From Thermoplasmatota archaeon (lineage in GTDB: Archaea > Thermoplasmatota > Thermoplasmata > Halarchaeoplasmatales > Halarchaeoplasmataceae), in NCBI GenBank assembly GCA_036626195.1, contig JAZKSH010000002.1, positions 1-53,657 of the forward strand: a DNA stretch of 53,657 bases, in the 5' to 3' direction. Below the pieces are notes generated by a model. It searched no databases and was not told the origin of the DNA. It saw nothing but the letters and a program-made list of their open reading frames with translations. A program made the translations under genes and the position numbers. Positions 34,884-43,831 of this stretch are shown here, piece by piece; position 1 is the first letter of the stretch; every line of letters starts with the position of its first letter.

Positions 34884-35795
34884 ATGGAAGATCCCTATGG
34901 CAGAGAGATGACTAATATCCGCTTAGCGTTAACGCAGCGCTGCAACCTTGGCTGTTTTTACTGTCACCGCGAAGGCGAAGAGAAGAAATTGGAGACAAAG
35001 CTGGACTTGAGAGAGGTACGGAAGATAGTGAAGACCGCTTCGGACCTCGGCATGCACAAAGTCAAATTTTCCGGTGGAGAACCTCTTCTCCACCCAGATA
35101 TCGAAGAGATAATCGAATTTTCTTCCGAATATATGGAGGACGTTTCGCTCACCACCAACGGCGTTTTATTAAAAAGCGAGGCGAAGGGTCTCAAGGAGGA
35201 AGGTCTAGACAGGGTCAACGTTAGCCTGGATACCGTGGATCCAAAAACATACCAGAAAATCACCGGTAAACGTAAACTCTCCGATGTGAAAGAAGGCATC
35301 AGGAGAGCGGTGGAAGTAGGTCTTTTTCCGGTTAAGGTGAACATGCTGCTGATGAGAGGTCTTAATCATGAAGAGGTGTGGGATATGGTGGATTGGGTGA
35401 GTGATTTGGATGCGATCCTGCAGGTGATAGAACTGACCAGTAACGAGGAAGAGATCGATAGAGAATTTTATCAGGAGCATCACGTTCCATTGAAAAATCT
35501 AGCCTCGGAACTGGAAGAGAGGGCGGTTAGGACGGAAAAGAGAAGGATGCATGCGAGAAAAAAGTATTTTTTAGAAGAACCTGAAGTCGAAGTCGAGCTC
35601 GTGAGGACCATGCACAATTCCACCTTCTGTGACAATTGCACTCGCTTGAGAGTGACCTCTAACGGAGAATTAAAGCCCTGTTTACTGCGAACGGACAACC
35701 ATGTCAGTATTAGAGAAGAGCTAAAAAGAGACGAAGGCATAAAAGATAAGTTCATTGAGGCAATAGAGAGAAGAGAGCCGTATTGGTGTGAGTGA
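34884..35795 (+). CDS. moaA: GTP 3',8-cyclase (radical SAM, archaeal MoaA)
   Basis: CNLGCFYCH radical-SAM cluster and the C-terminal CDNCTRLRVTSNGELKPCL cluster. Confidence 0.9.
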   Translation: MEDPYGREMTNIRLALTQRCNLGCFYCHREGEEKKLETKLDLREVRKIVKTASDLGMHKVKFSGGEPLLHPDIEEIIEFSSEYMEDVSLTTNGVLLKSEAKGLKEEGLDRVNVSLDTVDPKTYQKITGKRKLSDVKEGIRRAVEVGLFPVKVNMLLMRGLNHEEVWDMVDWVSDLDAILQVIELTSNEEEIDREFYQEHHVPLKNLASELEERAVRTEKRRMHARKKYFLEEPEVEVELVRTMHNSTFCDNCTRLRVTSNGELKPCLLRTDNHVSIREELKRDEGIKDKFIEAIERREPYWCE

Positions 35796-36231
35796 GATGA
35801 CGGAAGAAGATGATGAAAATAAAGCTATAGTGACCGAAGAGGATTTTAAGCTGGATGAGTTGAAAGAAAGGGTATGGTCAAAACAGGACGGCGCCCTATC
35901 GATATTCAACGGCGTCGTTCGGAATAACAACAAGGAAAAGAGGGTGAAAAAGCTGGAACTCCAGCGGTACGAGGGCATGACAGAATCCGAACTGGATAAA
36001 GTTAGGGAGGAAGCTATCAACAATTTTGAAGTTAACGATATACTTGTAATTCATAGATACGGCGAGTTAGAAGTAGGAGACAATATCGTCGGCATAGTAG
36101 TGAGCGCTCCACATCGTGAAGCGGCCTTTGACGCATCTAGGTACTGTATAGACAGGATAAAGGAAAAAGTTCCTCTTTGGAAGAAGGAGACGACGGAAGA
36201 AAACGAATCCGAATGGTTAGAAGGGGGATGA
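35788..36231 (+). CDS. moaE: Molybdopterin synthase catalytic subunit
   Basis: GALSIFNGVVRNNN...HRYGELEVGDNIVGIVVSAPHREAAFDASRYCIDRIKEKVPLWKKE. Starts at GTG 35788 or ATG 35797. Confidence 0.85.
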   Translation: MSEMTEEDDENKAIVTEEDFKLDELKERVWSKQDGALSIFNGVVRNNNKEKRVKKLELQRYEGMTESELDKVREEAINNFEVNDILVIHRYGELEVGDNIVGIVVSAPHREAAFDASRYCIDRIKEKVPLWKKETTEENESEWLEGG

Positions 36232-36683
36232 ATATGGGTATGATCGATATAAGCGAGAAGGAAAAAATACCGCGTCGAGCCACAGCGAAAGGAGAGATCA
36301 GGCTTAGCGAGGAGAGCGTTGAGGCTATCAAAAATGACGAAGTAAAGAAAGGCGACGTTTTTCAGGTAGCTGAGATTGTTGCGATACAGGCGGTCAAAGA
36401 CACGCCTCGCTCGCTCCCTCACTGCCACCCGATCCCGATAGAAGGTATCGACGTATATTTTGAGTTTGTAGAGGAAAAAATACTGCAAGTGAGATGTGAA
36501 GTCAAAGCTATCTACAAAACGGGGGTTGAGATGGAAGCGTTGGCGGGAGTCAACGCCGCTTTGCTCACCGTGTGGGACATGGTGAAGTACTTGGAAAAAG
36601 ACCGGAAGGGCCAGTACCCGCAGACTAGGATCAAAAACATTTCCGTTACGGAGAAGAAGAAAGGTGATATAGATGGGTCATAA
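36228..36683 (+). CDS. moaC: Cyclic pyranopterin monophosphate synthase
   Basis: MIDISEKEKIPRRATA...LPHCHPIP...GVEMEALAGVNAALLTVWDM. ATG 36228 overlaps the moaE stop (ATGA). The ORF-track start at 36177 is rejected. Confidence 0.85.
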   Translation: MNMGMIDISEKEKIPRRATAKGEIRLSEESVEAIKNDEVKKGDVFQVAEIVAIQAVKDTPRSLPHCHPIPIEGIDVYFEFVEEKILQVRCEVKAIYKTGVEMEALAGVNAALLTVWDMVKYLEKDRKGQYPQTRIKNISVTEKKKGDIDGS

Positions 36684-37164
36684 AGAACACAAACACGAAG
36701 CACCTGAGAGCGTGAGCTGCGCCGTAATCACGATTAGTGATACAAGGAGCATCGACACCGATGAATCGGGTAAGAAGATCAGGGAGATGCTGATGGAAGA
36801 AAAACACGAAGTCGTGGGATATGAGATTGCCAAAGACGATCCGGATGAGATAAGAGAGACGATCGAATCCATCGATGCTGAGGTGTATATACTAAACGGC
36901 GGAACGGGTATAAGCGCTAGAGACGTAACGCCGGACGTGTTAGATGATATCATAGATAAAAAGCTACCAGGTTTTGGAGAGGCTTTCAGAAGATCGAGTT
37001 ACCAGGAGATCGGTTCGGCGGCGATCTTGAGTAGAGCTTTGGCCGGCGTATCCGGTGAAGAGATCTACTTCGCTCTACCGGGCTCCACTTCTGCTGTCGA
37101 ATTGGCGATGAAGGAACTCATCTTACCCGAACTCGGACATATGGTCTACGAGGTGAAGAAGTGA
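36673..37164 (+). CDS. moaB: MoaB/MogA-type molybdopterin adenylyltransferase-like protein
   Basis: ITISDTRS...NGGTGISARDVTP motif. Confidence 0.85.
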   Translation: MGHKEHKHEAPESVSCAVITISDTRSIDTDESGKKIREMLMEEKHEVVGYEIAKDDPDEIRETIESIDAEVYILNGGTGISARDVTPDVLDDIIDKKLPGFGEAFRRSSYQEIGSAAILSRALAGVSGEEIYFALPGSTSAVELAMKELILPELGHMVYEVKK

Positions 37165-38381
37165 TGGAGGAACAGCGTCCCTTCGGGGAACTGATAACTT
37201 ACGATGATGCCCTTTCTGCTCTTCTGAAAGAGGTCAAACCGATAGATAGAAAAGAGACGGTAGAACTCGACGATGCTTTCGAAAGAGTTCTAGCTGATGA
37301 TGCGGAAAGCGATAGGTTCGTTCCTCCCTTCGATAGAGGAGCGATGGACGGCTTCGCTGTAAAAGCGGAAGATACCTTCGAAGCCGGCAAATTCGATCCT
37401 GTAAAGCTGGAAACTATCGGTACGCTTCATGCCGGAGATTCTCCGGAAAAGGAGGTCGAAGAGGGAGAGTGCATGCAGATAGCGACCGGCGCTCCCATGC
37501 CTGAAGGAGCTGATGCGGTCGTGAAAGTCGAAGTGACCGAAAAGGAAGGTGACGAAGTGAATATCTATGATCCGGTCCATCCCGGAGAGAACGTATCTCC
37601 CAAAGGTGAAGATATAGAAAAAGGAGAGACCGTTCTGTCGAAGGATTCTTTTCTCACATCCGCTGGAATAGGAGCTCTAGCGGCGATGGGAAAGGAGCGC
37701 GTCGAAGTCTATGAGAAACCGAAGGTTAGCGTAATCCCGACAGGCGACGAGGTTGTCCCGGTGGGAGAGGAACTGGACCCGGGCCAGATATATGACGTCA
37801 ATTCACATACTCTGAAAAATGTAGTGGGTAAAAACGGGTGTGACCCTTGCAGTAGAGAAGTGGTTCACGACACCATCGAAGGACTAAAACAGGGTATCGA
37901 GAGCGAAGTGAAAGATAGTGATATGGTGCTGTTCTCTGGAGGCAGTTCCGTAGGAGATAAGGATATGCTGATCGATGCTTTAGATTCTATCGGAAAAGTG
38001 ATCTTCCATGGAGTCAAGCTCAAACCCGGGAAACCGACCCTGTTCGGAAAGGTCGACGGAACACCCGTTATAGGGATGCCAGGCTATCCCACCTCATGTT
38101 TGAACACGGCTCATCAGTTGATCAAACCCGCGTTGAGAAAGATGTCTAGACTACCTGAGGCTCCGGAAAGACGTACTAAGGCCGAACTCGCAAAGAGGAT
38201 CACTTCCTCCCTGGGTAGACAGCAGTACATGACCGTTCGACTCGAAGGTGAAAAGGCTCATCCCGTCTACAAGCAGTCGGGCGCGATAACGAGCATGGCT
38301 CAAGCCGACGGTTACTTCAAGATACCTGAAAATACGGAACTGGTTGAAAAAGGAGAGAAGGTCTCCGTAGTGCTTTATTAA
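37161..38381 (+). CDS. moeA: Molybdopterin molybdenum/tungsten transferase
   Basis: PFDRGAMDGFAV, IATGAPMPEGADAVV and GGSSVGDKD motifs. Confidence 0.9.
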   Translation: MMEEQRPFGELITYDDALSALLKEVKPIDRKETVELDDAFERVLADDAESDRFVPPFDRGAMDGFAVKAEDTFEAGKFDPVKLETIGTLHAGDSPEKEVEEGECMQIATGAPMPEGADAVVKVEVTEKEGDEVNIYDPVHPGENVSPKGEDIEKGETVLSKDSFLTSAGIGALAAMGKERVEVYEKPKVSVIPTGDEVVPVGEELDPGQIYDVNSHTLKNVVGKNGCDPCSREVVHDTIEGLKQGIESEVKDSDMVLFSGGSSVGDKDMLIDALDSIGKVIFHGVKLKPGKPTLFGKVDGTPVIGMPGYPTSCLNTAHQLIKPALRKMSRLPEAPERRTKAELAKRITSSLGRQQYMTVRLEGEKAHPVYKQSGAITSMAQADGYFKIPENTELVEKGEKVSVVLY

Positions 38382-38384
38382 ATA

Positions 38385-40214
38385 TCAGACGGCGATGCTT
38401 ACCCTTTCGCCTTTGTTCGTGTCTTCCAGTAAGCGTCTTCCTACCCTTGTACCCTTTCTTATCTTTATCGTCCCGTCCTGACCTACCGTAAGAGTCGAGA
38501 GGTATTCGCCGCTCGAGTAGATATCTACACTCTTTTTAGCGTACTTTTTTCCCACGTCTATCACTATCTTTTCTTTCTCCACCATCACGTTCACGTCTTT
38601 CATCTTGGAATCTGTATTCTCACGTTCTTTACCGCTCTTCAATGGTTGGACGTCTATGCTCATGTCGAGTCTATCTTCTATTCTAGTGATGTTCTCACCG
38701 TTCTTACCCAGCAGTGAAGCTATCTCACTTTCTGGAACATAGACAGTTATCCTATCGGCTGAATCGACGTCGACTTCTAATCGCCCTCTGACTTGTCTGC
38801 TCAGTTCTCTTTCAATCTCCCGCTCGGCCATGTCCCATACCGGCTTTTTCGCTTTTCCTTTCCCCTCCTCTACCGGCATAACCACGACCTGCTCGCCGTA
38901 GGAATAGACCTCGTACTCGACTACACCGGTTTCAAAATCCTTAACTTCTATCACCGGTCGGGCGAGATCTTCTTCCGCCATGCCCATCGGCACCTTCACG
39001 GTGTAGCTCACGTCATAGACCTTGTTGACGTCGCCGTCTTCGACATAAACGATGGTGTCGACGACCTGTGGGACCATACCGAGTTCGACCCTGCCTATCA
39101 GCCTCTGAAGCGCGTCTATGGCTCTGTTCGCATGGGTCACTCCGATCATCCCTACACCGGCCAATCTCATGTCCGCGAAGGTCTTGAAATCCGGTGTCTT
39201 TCTTACCTCGTCGTAGATGGTGTAATCCGGCCTCACGAGCAGAAGTATGTCTCCCGTATCCTCCATCTTCCCTCCTAAACTTGTATATTGAGTGATCTCG
39301 TCTCCGACCTGTAGATCTCTAGGGTCCTCCATGGTTTTGATGGTATAATCTAGATCTTCGAGGTAGACGGCTATGGCCTGGGCGAGAGTGGTTTTTCCGG
39401 CTCCCGGCGAACCCGATAAAAGGACGCCGCGCTGTTTCTCCGCCAACCTCTCTTTCAACTCGGCCGATAACCTGTAGTCTTCCAATTCCACCTCCGCTAC
39501 CGGTTTTACAGCCGTGATCTCAAAACCGTCGGAAAAAGGAGGTCGAGCTATCACTATCCGGATGTCTTCCAATTGTACTACGGTAGCGCCGCCTTTATCG
39601 ACCTCTACAAAACCTTCAGATGACCTCTTAGCGCTTTCGATTATATTGTGAGCTATATCACTCAGTTCCTTTTCGTCAGTGATGTGATCCTCTAAGACCT
39701 CAATCCTCACATTACCCGGAGACCCCACCTTCGCCTTAGGTTTGTCTCCTTTCCTCAAATGAACTGACATGACATGTTCGTCGAAATAATCACGGATACT
39801 CTTTCCTTTTTCTTCCCCTCTCCCTTCGGGTTCGAGGTACTTCACTTCTAGACCTTTAGCTCTAGCGACTTCGGCCTGAACGACATCGCTGGTGAGCAGG
39901 AAAGCCTCTTCGTCTAGAGCTATCGATCGTATGATAGAGTCGATCTCGCCGCTGAAACTTGCTTCTCTCTCCTCCGCGGTGGGTCTCTCGCCTGCAAAGG
40001 AAAGCTTTATCTTTCCCTCATCGTGGTAGTCTCTCAAATTCTGTATCTCGTCTAGACCGCTCAACCCGGTCTCCTGCCCCCGGTTAGCTTGCGCCTCCAA
40101 TTCGAACACGACAGCTTCCGAGATGATTATATCTGCTTCCTCGTACACTCCCTCCTCGATCCTTTCCGTCACTCGACCGTCGATTATAACGCTAGTATCG
40201 GGTACTATCTTCAT
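38385..40214 (-). CDS. PIN domain / PilT-like ATPase / KH domain protein (COG1855-type, conserved archaeal)
   Basis: N-terminal [13 protein letters not shown] (PIN), Walker [18 protein letters not shown], and C-terminal KH GxxG ([16 protein letters not shown]). Confidence 0.8.
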   Translation of the reverse strand: MKIVPDTSVIIDGRVTERIEEGVYEEADIIISEAVVFELEAQANRGQETGLSGLDEIQNLRDYHDEGKIKLSFAGERPTAEEREASFSGEIDSIIRSIALDEEAFLLTSDVVQAEVARAKGLEVKYLEPEGRGEEKGKSIRDYFDEHVMSVHLRKGDKPKAKVGSPGNVRIEVLEDHITDEKELSDIAHNIIESAKRSSEGFVEVDKGGATVVQLEDIRIVIARPPFSDGFEITAVKPVAEVELEDYRLSAELKERLAEKQRGVLLSGSPGAGKTTLAQAIAVYLEDLDYTIKTMEDPRDLQVGDEITQYTSLGGKMEDTGDILLLVRPDYTIYDEVRKTPDFKTFADMRLAGVGMIGVTHANRAIDALQRLIGRVELGMVPQVVDTIVYVEDGDVNKVYDVSYTVKVPMGMAEEDLARPVIEVKDFETGVVEYEVYSYGEQVVVMPVEEGKGKAKKPVWDMAEREIERELSRQVRGRLEVDVDSADRITVYVPESEIASLLGKNGENITRIEDRLDMSIDVQPLKSGKERENTDSKMKDVNVMVEKEKIVIDVGKKYAKKSVDIYSSGEYLSTLTVGQDGTIKIRKGTRVGRRLLEDTNKGERVSIAV

Positions 40215-40280
40215 ACTCTTTTCTCATTCAGTCGGCTCAATAAATAGTTTTGCTACGATGGTTCCAGTCCTAAAGCCGTT

Positions 40281-41324
40281 TCAATTTTTGAAGAGGTGTA
40301 CCGCAGAGGCCTTGAACATCGCGTTTATCTCTTTTCCCTGTTCGAGTGAAAGCTCATCCACGGATTGTTTGGTTACGAAGACGGTCAAGGATATGCCTAT
40401 ATCGACCTCGATCACGTGGTATACACCCCTATCCGTGACTTTACTGATGACTCCTGAAAAATTGTTTCTTGCACTGGACTTGAAAGAAGACTCGGAGAGG
40501 ATTATATCCTCTGGTCTCACCGTGGCTGTAACTTCCCCTCTAACGTTGGAGGTCGAATAGATTTTTGTACCTTCGACCTCGACCTTAGAGATATTTCCAT
40601 CTCTTTTTGACACACCTTCGAAGATATTACCCGTTCCCACGAACTCGGCTATGAACTTTGAGTTCGGCCTTCGCATTATACTCTGAGGGGTATCGATCTG
40701 TTTTATCTTTCCTTCCCTCATGACACCGACTCGATTTCCAAGCACTACGGCTTCTTCCTGGTCATGGGTGACATGTATGGTCGTGATATCGAATTGGGAG
40801 TGAAGTTCCTTCACCATCTCACGCAGATTTTTCGAGGTCTGGTAATCGAGGGAACCGAAGGGTTCATCCAGTAGCAGAACCTCCGGTTCTAGGATCAAGG
40901 CCCTCGCGAGCGCTACCCTCTGTTTTTCTCCACCGCTTAGAGTCTGTACGTCTCTATCCAGCAGGTGTTCTATACCGACGGTTTCAGCCGTTTTCTCGAC
41001 TTTCCTCTTTATCTCGTCTTCTTTTCTGACCTTCAGCCCATAGGCGATGTTTTCTTTAACGTTCAAATGCGGGAACAACATGTAGTCCTGGTATACGAAT
41101 GCAAAATTTCTCTCGTAGGGCGGCTTGTCGGTGATCTCTTCTCCGTCAACTGTCAACTCGCCCTTATCAGGTGTGTGAAATCCCGCTATCAGTTCGAGCA
41201 GCAGTGTCTTTCCCGAACCGGTAGGTCCCAAGATGACGAAGTATTCGTTCTGCTCGACCTCGAAAGAGACGTTCGAGAGTTCGAAATCCTTCCACTCGTT
41301 ACTCAAATTCTCAATCCTTATCAT
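40281..41324 (-). CDS. wtpC: Tungstate/molybdate ABC transporter ATPase with a C-terminal TOBE/Mop domain
   Basis: GPTGSGKT, LSGGEKQRVALARAL, LLLDEPF, and a C-terminal beta-rich TOBE-like region. Confidence 0.85.
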   Translation of the reverse strand: MIRIENLSNEWKDFELSNVSFEVEQNEYFVILGPTGSGKTLLLELIAGFHTPDKGELTVDGEEITDKPPYERNFAFVYQDYMLFPHLNVKENIAYGLKVRKEDEIKRKVEKTAETVGIEHLLDRDVQTLSGGEKQRVALARALILEPEVLLLDEPFGSLDYQTSKNLREMVKELHSQFDITTIHVTHDQEEAVVLGNRVGVMREGKIKQIDTPQSIMRRPNSKFIAEFVGTGNIFEGVSKRDGNISKVEVEGTKIYSTSNVRGEVTATVRPEDIILSESSFKSSARNNFSGVISKVTDRGVYHVIEVDIGISLTVFVTKQSVDELSLEQGKEINAMFKASAVHLFKN

Positions 41325-42261
41325 AGATGCTCATCCTTCTACTGATAGTTCTGACCACTATGAAGATGCTCAGACAGATCGCTAAAAGCAGAGCGGCTAC
41401 TGGCCTAGAGGCCTGTAATCCGTACGAAGTATAGACTTCGTAGATGTATACAGGGGCCGTCTTCGGGTAATAGGCGATTATCACGACAGCGCCGAATTCA
41501 CTTATCGCTCGGGCCCAGGACATTACCGCTCCCGACAGGATGTTCCGCTTTATCAGAGGTAACGAAACCGTGAAGAAAGTCCGCTTCCTGTCGGATCCTA
41601 GACTCATCGCTACTTTTTCCAGCCGAGGATCAACGTCTTCAAAACCCTCCCTGATCTGATTGACGATAAAAGGTATGCTGACGAACAGCATAGCCACAAC
41701 GATACCCGGGAATGCGTCCATGAACTGTAAACCCGTTTTTCCCAGCGGCTCGCCGAGGGTGCCGTTTCTTCCGAAGACGACCAGGAGCGCTATACCTGCA
41801 ACTGTGTGAGGAACGACCATGGGGAGGTCTATGACGCCTTCCACGAATGATTTTGCCGGGAAGTCCTTCCTCGCCATGACGTAGGCGAGCGGTATTCCTA
41901 GTGTTAACCCGATAAGAGTGGAGGCAAAGGCAGCTGAGAGGCTCGTGCTTATGGCGCTGATAGCCCCTGGGTCGGATAACGCTTCCTCTATATCCGGAAG
42001 AGCCGCGTTGAACAGTTCTGCTAGAGGCAGCAGGATAAAAATCACTAGCAAAATTCCAAGGATGGAGAAGACCACTAAAGTTGGATCTATATCCTTCATC
42101 TCTCCGAACAGGTATATCGAAAGTATCGATATGAAGGCGAATAGAGCTAAAAGATACCAGAGGTTTAGAAGGTACAGAACGGCGAGGATAGGGATGAAAA
42201 ATAAGAAGACCGTGGTCGAAGTTATCTTGTCATTCAATTTTTTCCCTCCTTGGACTCTCAA
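41311..42261 (-). CDS. wtpB: Tungstate/molybdate ABC transporter permease
   Basis: Six-TM BPD-type permease with an EAA-like loop (MSLGSDRKRTFFTVSLPLIKRNI). Starts at TTG 42261 or at TTG 42237, which is preceded by GGAGGG plus 6 nt. Confidence 0.8.
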   Translation of the reverse strand: MRVQGGKKLNDKITSTTVFLFFIPILAVLYLLNLWYLLALFAFISILSIYLFGEMKDIDPTLVVFSILGILLVIFILLPLAELFNAALPDIEEALSDPGAISAISTSLSAAFASTLIGLTLGIPLAYVMARKDFPAKSFVEGVIDLPMVVPHTVAGIALLVVFGRNGTLGEPLGKTGLQFMDAFPGIVVAMLFVSIPFIVNQIREGFEDVDPRLEKVAMSLGSDRKRTFFTVSLPLIKRNILSGAVMSWARAISEFGAVVIIAYYPKTAPVYIYEVYTSYGLQASRPVAALLLAICLSIFIVVRTISRRMSIYDKD

Positions 42262-43307
42262 TCTTTTTCGACCATTTCCTCCAGACTGCTGGGCATCTTT
42301 TGCTTGTTATCCACCTTCGGCGGGTCGATAGTAGGCTGACCGTTTGTACTCATAACCTCTCTTCCGGTTTCTCCCAGTAGGAATTTGATGAATTCGATCG
42401 CTCCGTCGTTATTCTCCACCGTTCTAGGTATCGTTATCCCGTAAACGATCGGCTTGCCTACAGATCGATCTCCAGTATGTCTTATAAGGGCCACTTTGCC
42501 GTAGTTGTCAGCGTATTCAACGCTACTGAGATCTATCTGCTCCGGCAATTGCACATAATCCAAATCGTGCTGTTCGGCTACGCTCTGATAGATGAACAGG
42601 TAATCCATATTGCCGGACTCTAAAATACCTAGAAGGTCCGTCTCTTTGCTCCTTACCGTTATCTGATCGACGTTTTCTACGCCGAGGTTCTTCGGGACCG
42701 AGATGTTGTAGTCGTTCTCTTCGATATCTGTGTGATTACCCACCAGATCGTCGTAAATGTACTCGTCCCCGTAATAATTTTCCGCCAGCAGAGTCACCAT
42801 CTGTGATCGGTAACCGCATGGATCGTCGTTAGGGTTGCTGAACCCATATGTGACAGCCTCTCTCTCGAGTATCTCATACCAGTTTTCTGTAGAGATCTCA
42901 TTTTTGTAAGAACTCAAATCTGTATATGCGAGAACCATCCTGTTCTTCGCGAACCTGACGGTCCAGTCCGCCTTGTCCTTTTCGTACATCATTTTCAGTA
43001 TCAAAGAGTAGTCCGCTACACCAACGACATCTGGTTTCTTACCTTGATCCGTCACTTTTCTGACCGTAGCTACGCTACCGGCGGGTTCTCTTCTTACGTC
43101 TATACCCGGATTCTCATCTTCAAATTTTTTTTCTAGTTCATCAAAGGGAACGGAAAGAGAGCCGGCGTGGTAAACGTTCACTTTTGTTTTATCTTCTCTA
43201 TCTAGACATCCTGAAAAAAGCGTGGTGAGCAGGAGAAATCCTACAAAAACTGTTGTTATCTTCTTCGTATCTTTCATCGTTATCCTCATATATCTCATTA
43301 TGCTCAA
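42258..43307 (-). CDS. wtpA: Tungstate/molybdate-binding protein, WtpA type (lipoprotein-like signal)
   Basis: VNVYHAGSLSVPFDELEKKFE...REPAGSVATVRKV...PDVVGVADYSLI matches the WtpA pattern. LFSGC lipobox-like motif. The true start is probably one of the internal Met codons (43298-43277). Confidence 0.8.
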   Translation of the reverse strand: MSIMRYMRITMKDTKKITTVFVGFLLLTTLFSGCLDREDKTKVNVYHAGSLSVPFDELEKKFEDENPGIDVRREPAGSVATVRKVTDQGKKPDVVGVADYSLILKMMYEKDKADWTVRFAKNRMVLAYTDLSSYKNEISTENWYEILEREAVTYGFSNPNDDPCGYRSQMVTLLAENYYGDEYIYDDLVGNHTDIEENDYNISVPKNLGVENVDQITVRSKETDLLGILESGNMDYLFIYQSVAEQHDLDYVQLPEQIDLSSVEYADNYGKVALIRHTGDRSVGKPIVYGITIPRTVENNDGAIEFIKFLLGETGREVMSTNGQPTIDPPKVDNKQKMPSSLEEMVEKD

Positions 43308-43395
43308 CTAAGCATAAGGATTGTATAAAAATTTTCCTTTTCATTTAGATGAAAAAATCTGTCAGACACCGGCTCTACCCAAAGCTAAAAAGGCC

Positions 43396-43438
43396 AAAAA
43401 ACCCCCGATTTTAGGGGTAAAAACCCTGGATATTAGGG
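43396..43438. repeat. Two tandem 21-22-nt units AAAAA(A)CCC..GAT(T/A)TTAGGG in the wtpA / small-ORF divergent intergenic region
   Basis: Unit 1 is aaaaaacccccgattttagggg (43396-43417). Unit 2 is aaaaaccctggatattaggg (43419-43438). Each also contains a 4-bp CCC(C/T)...(A/G)GGG inverted pair. Confidence 0.5.
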
Positions 43439-43516
43439 AAACATATTTATATTAATAGCCTATTACCTATCTGGAGGTCGGCGATGACGCCGACCCCGTT
43501 TAAAGGAGGTAAAAAA

Positions 43517-43738
43517 ATGAGCATGGAGAAAATAAGCGTGAGGAAAGCCAAAGAGATAGCTAAAAGTAAGGACCTACAACCCGGTTTGGTCAAGGGTACT
43601 GACGGTGTCCAGTTTACGAAGGGGAATAACGATAGGATAAAGACCATCTCTTGGGATGAATTCGAGAGAAAACTGGACGAAAGAAATCTAGCGGTCTTCG
43701 AATCCGGCGGCTGGATGAAGATAATGAGCGAGGACTAA
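43517..43738 (+). CDS. Small conserved-looking hypothetical protein (73 aa)
   Basis: ATG 43517 sits 6 nt after AAGGAGGT. MSMEKISVRKAKEIAKSK...ISWDEFERKLDERNLAVFESGGWMKIM. Followed by a strong oligo-T tract. Confidence 0.5.
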   Translation: MSMEKISVRKAKEIAKSKDLQPGLVKGTDGVQFTKGNNDRIKTISWDEFERKLDERNLAVFESGGWMKIMSED

Positions 43739-43750
43739 GAAAAACTTAGT

Positions 43751-43790
43751 CCTCCTCTCTTCCCTTTATTTTTATTTTTTTTTCTCTCTG
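43751..43790 (+). terminator. Pyrimidine/oligo-T terminator
   Basis: tcctcctctcttccctttatttttatttttttttctctct lies directly after the small ORF. Confidence 0.5.
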
Positions 43791-43831
43791 TCGACTAAAT
43801 CTTTTTTACTCTCCCTTCTATACTAATCAAG

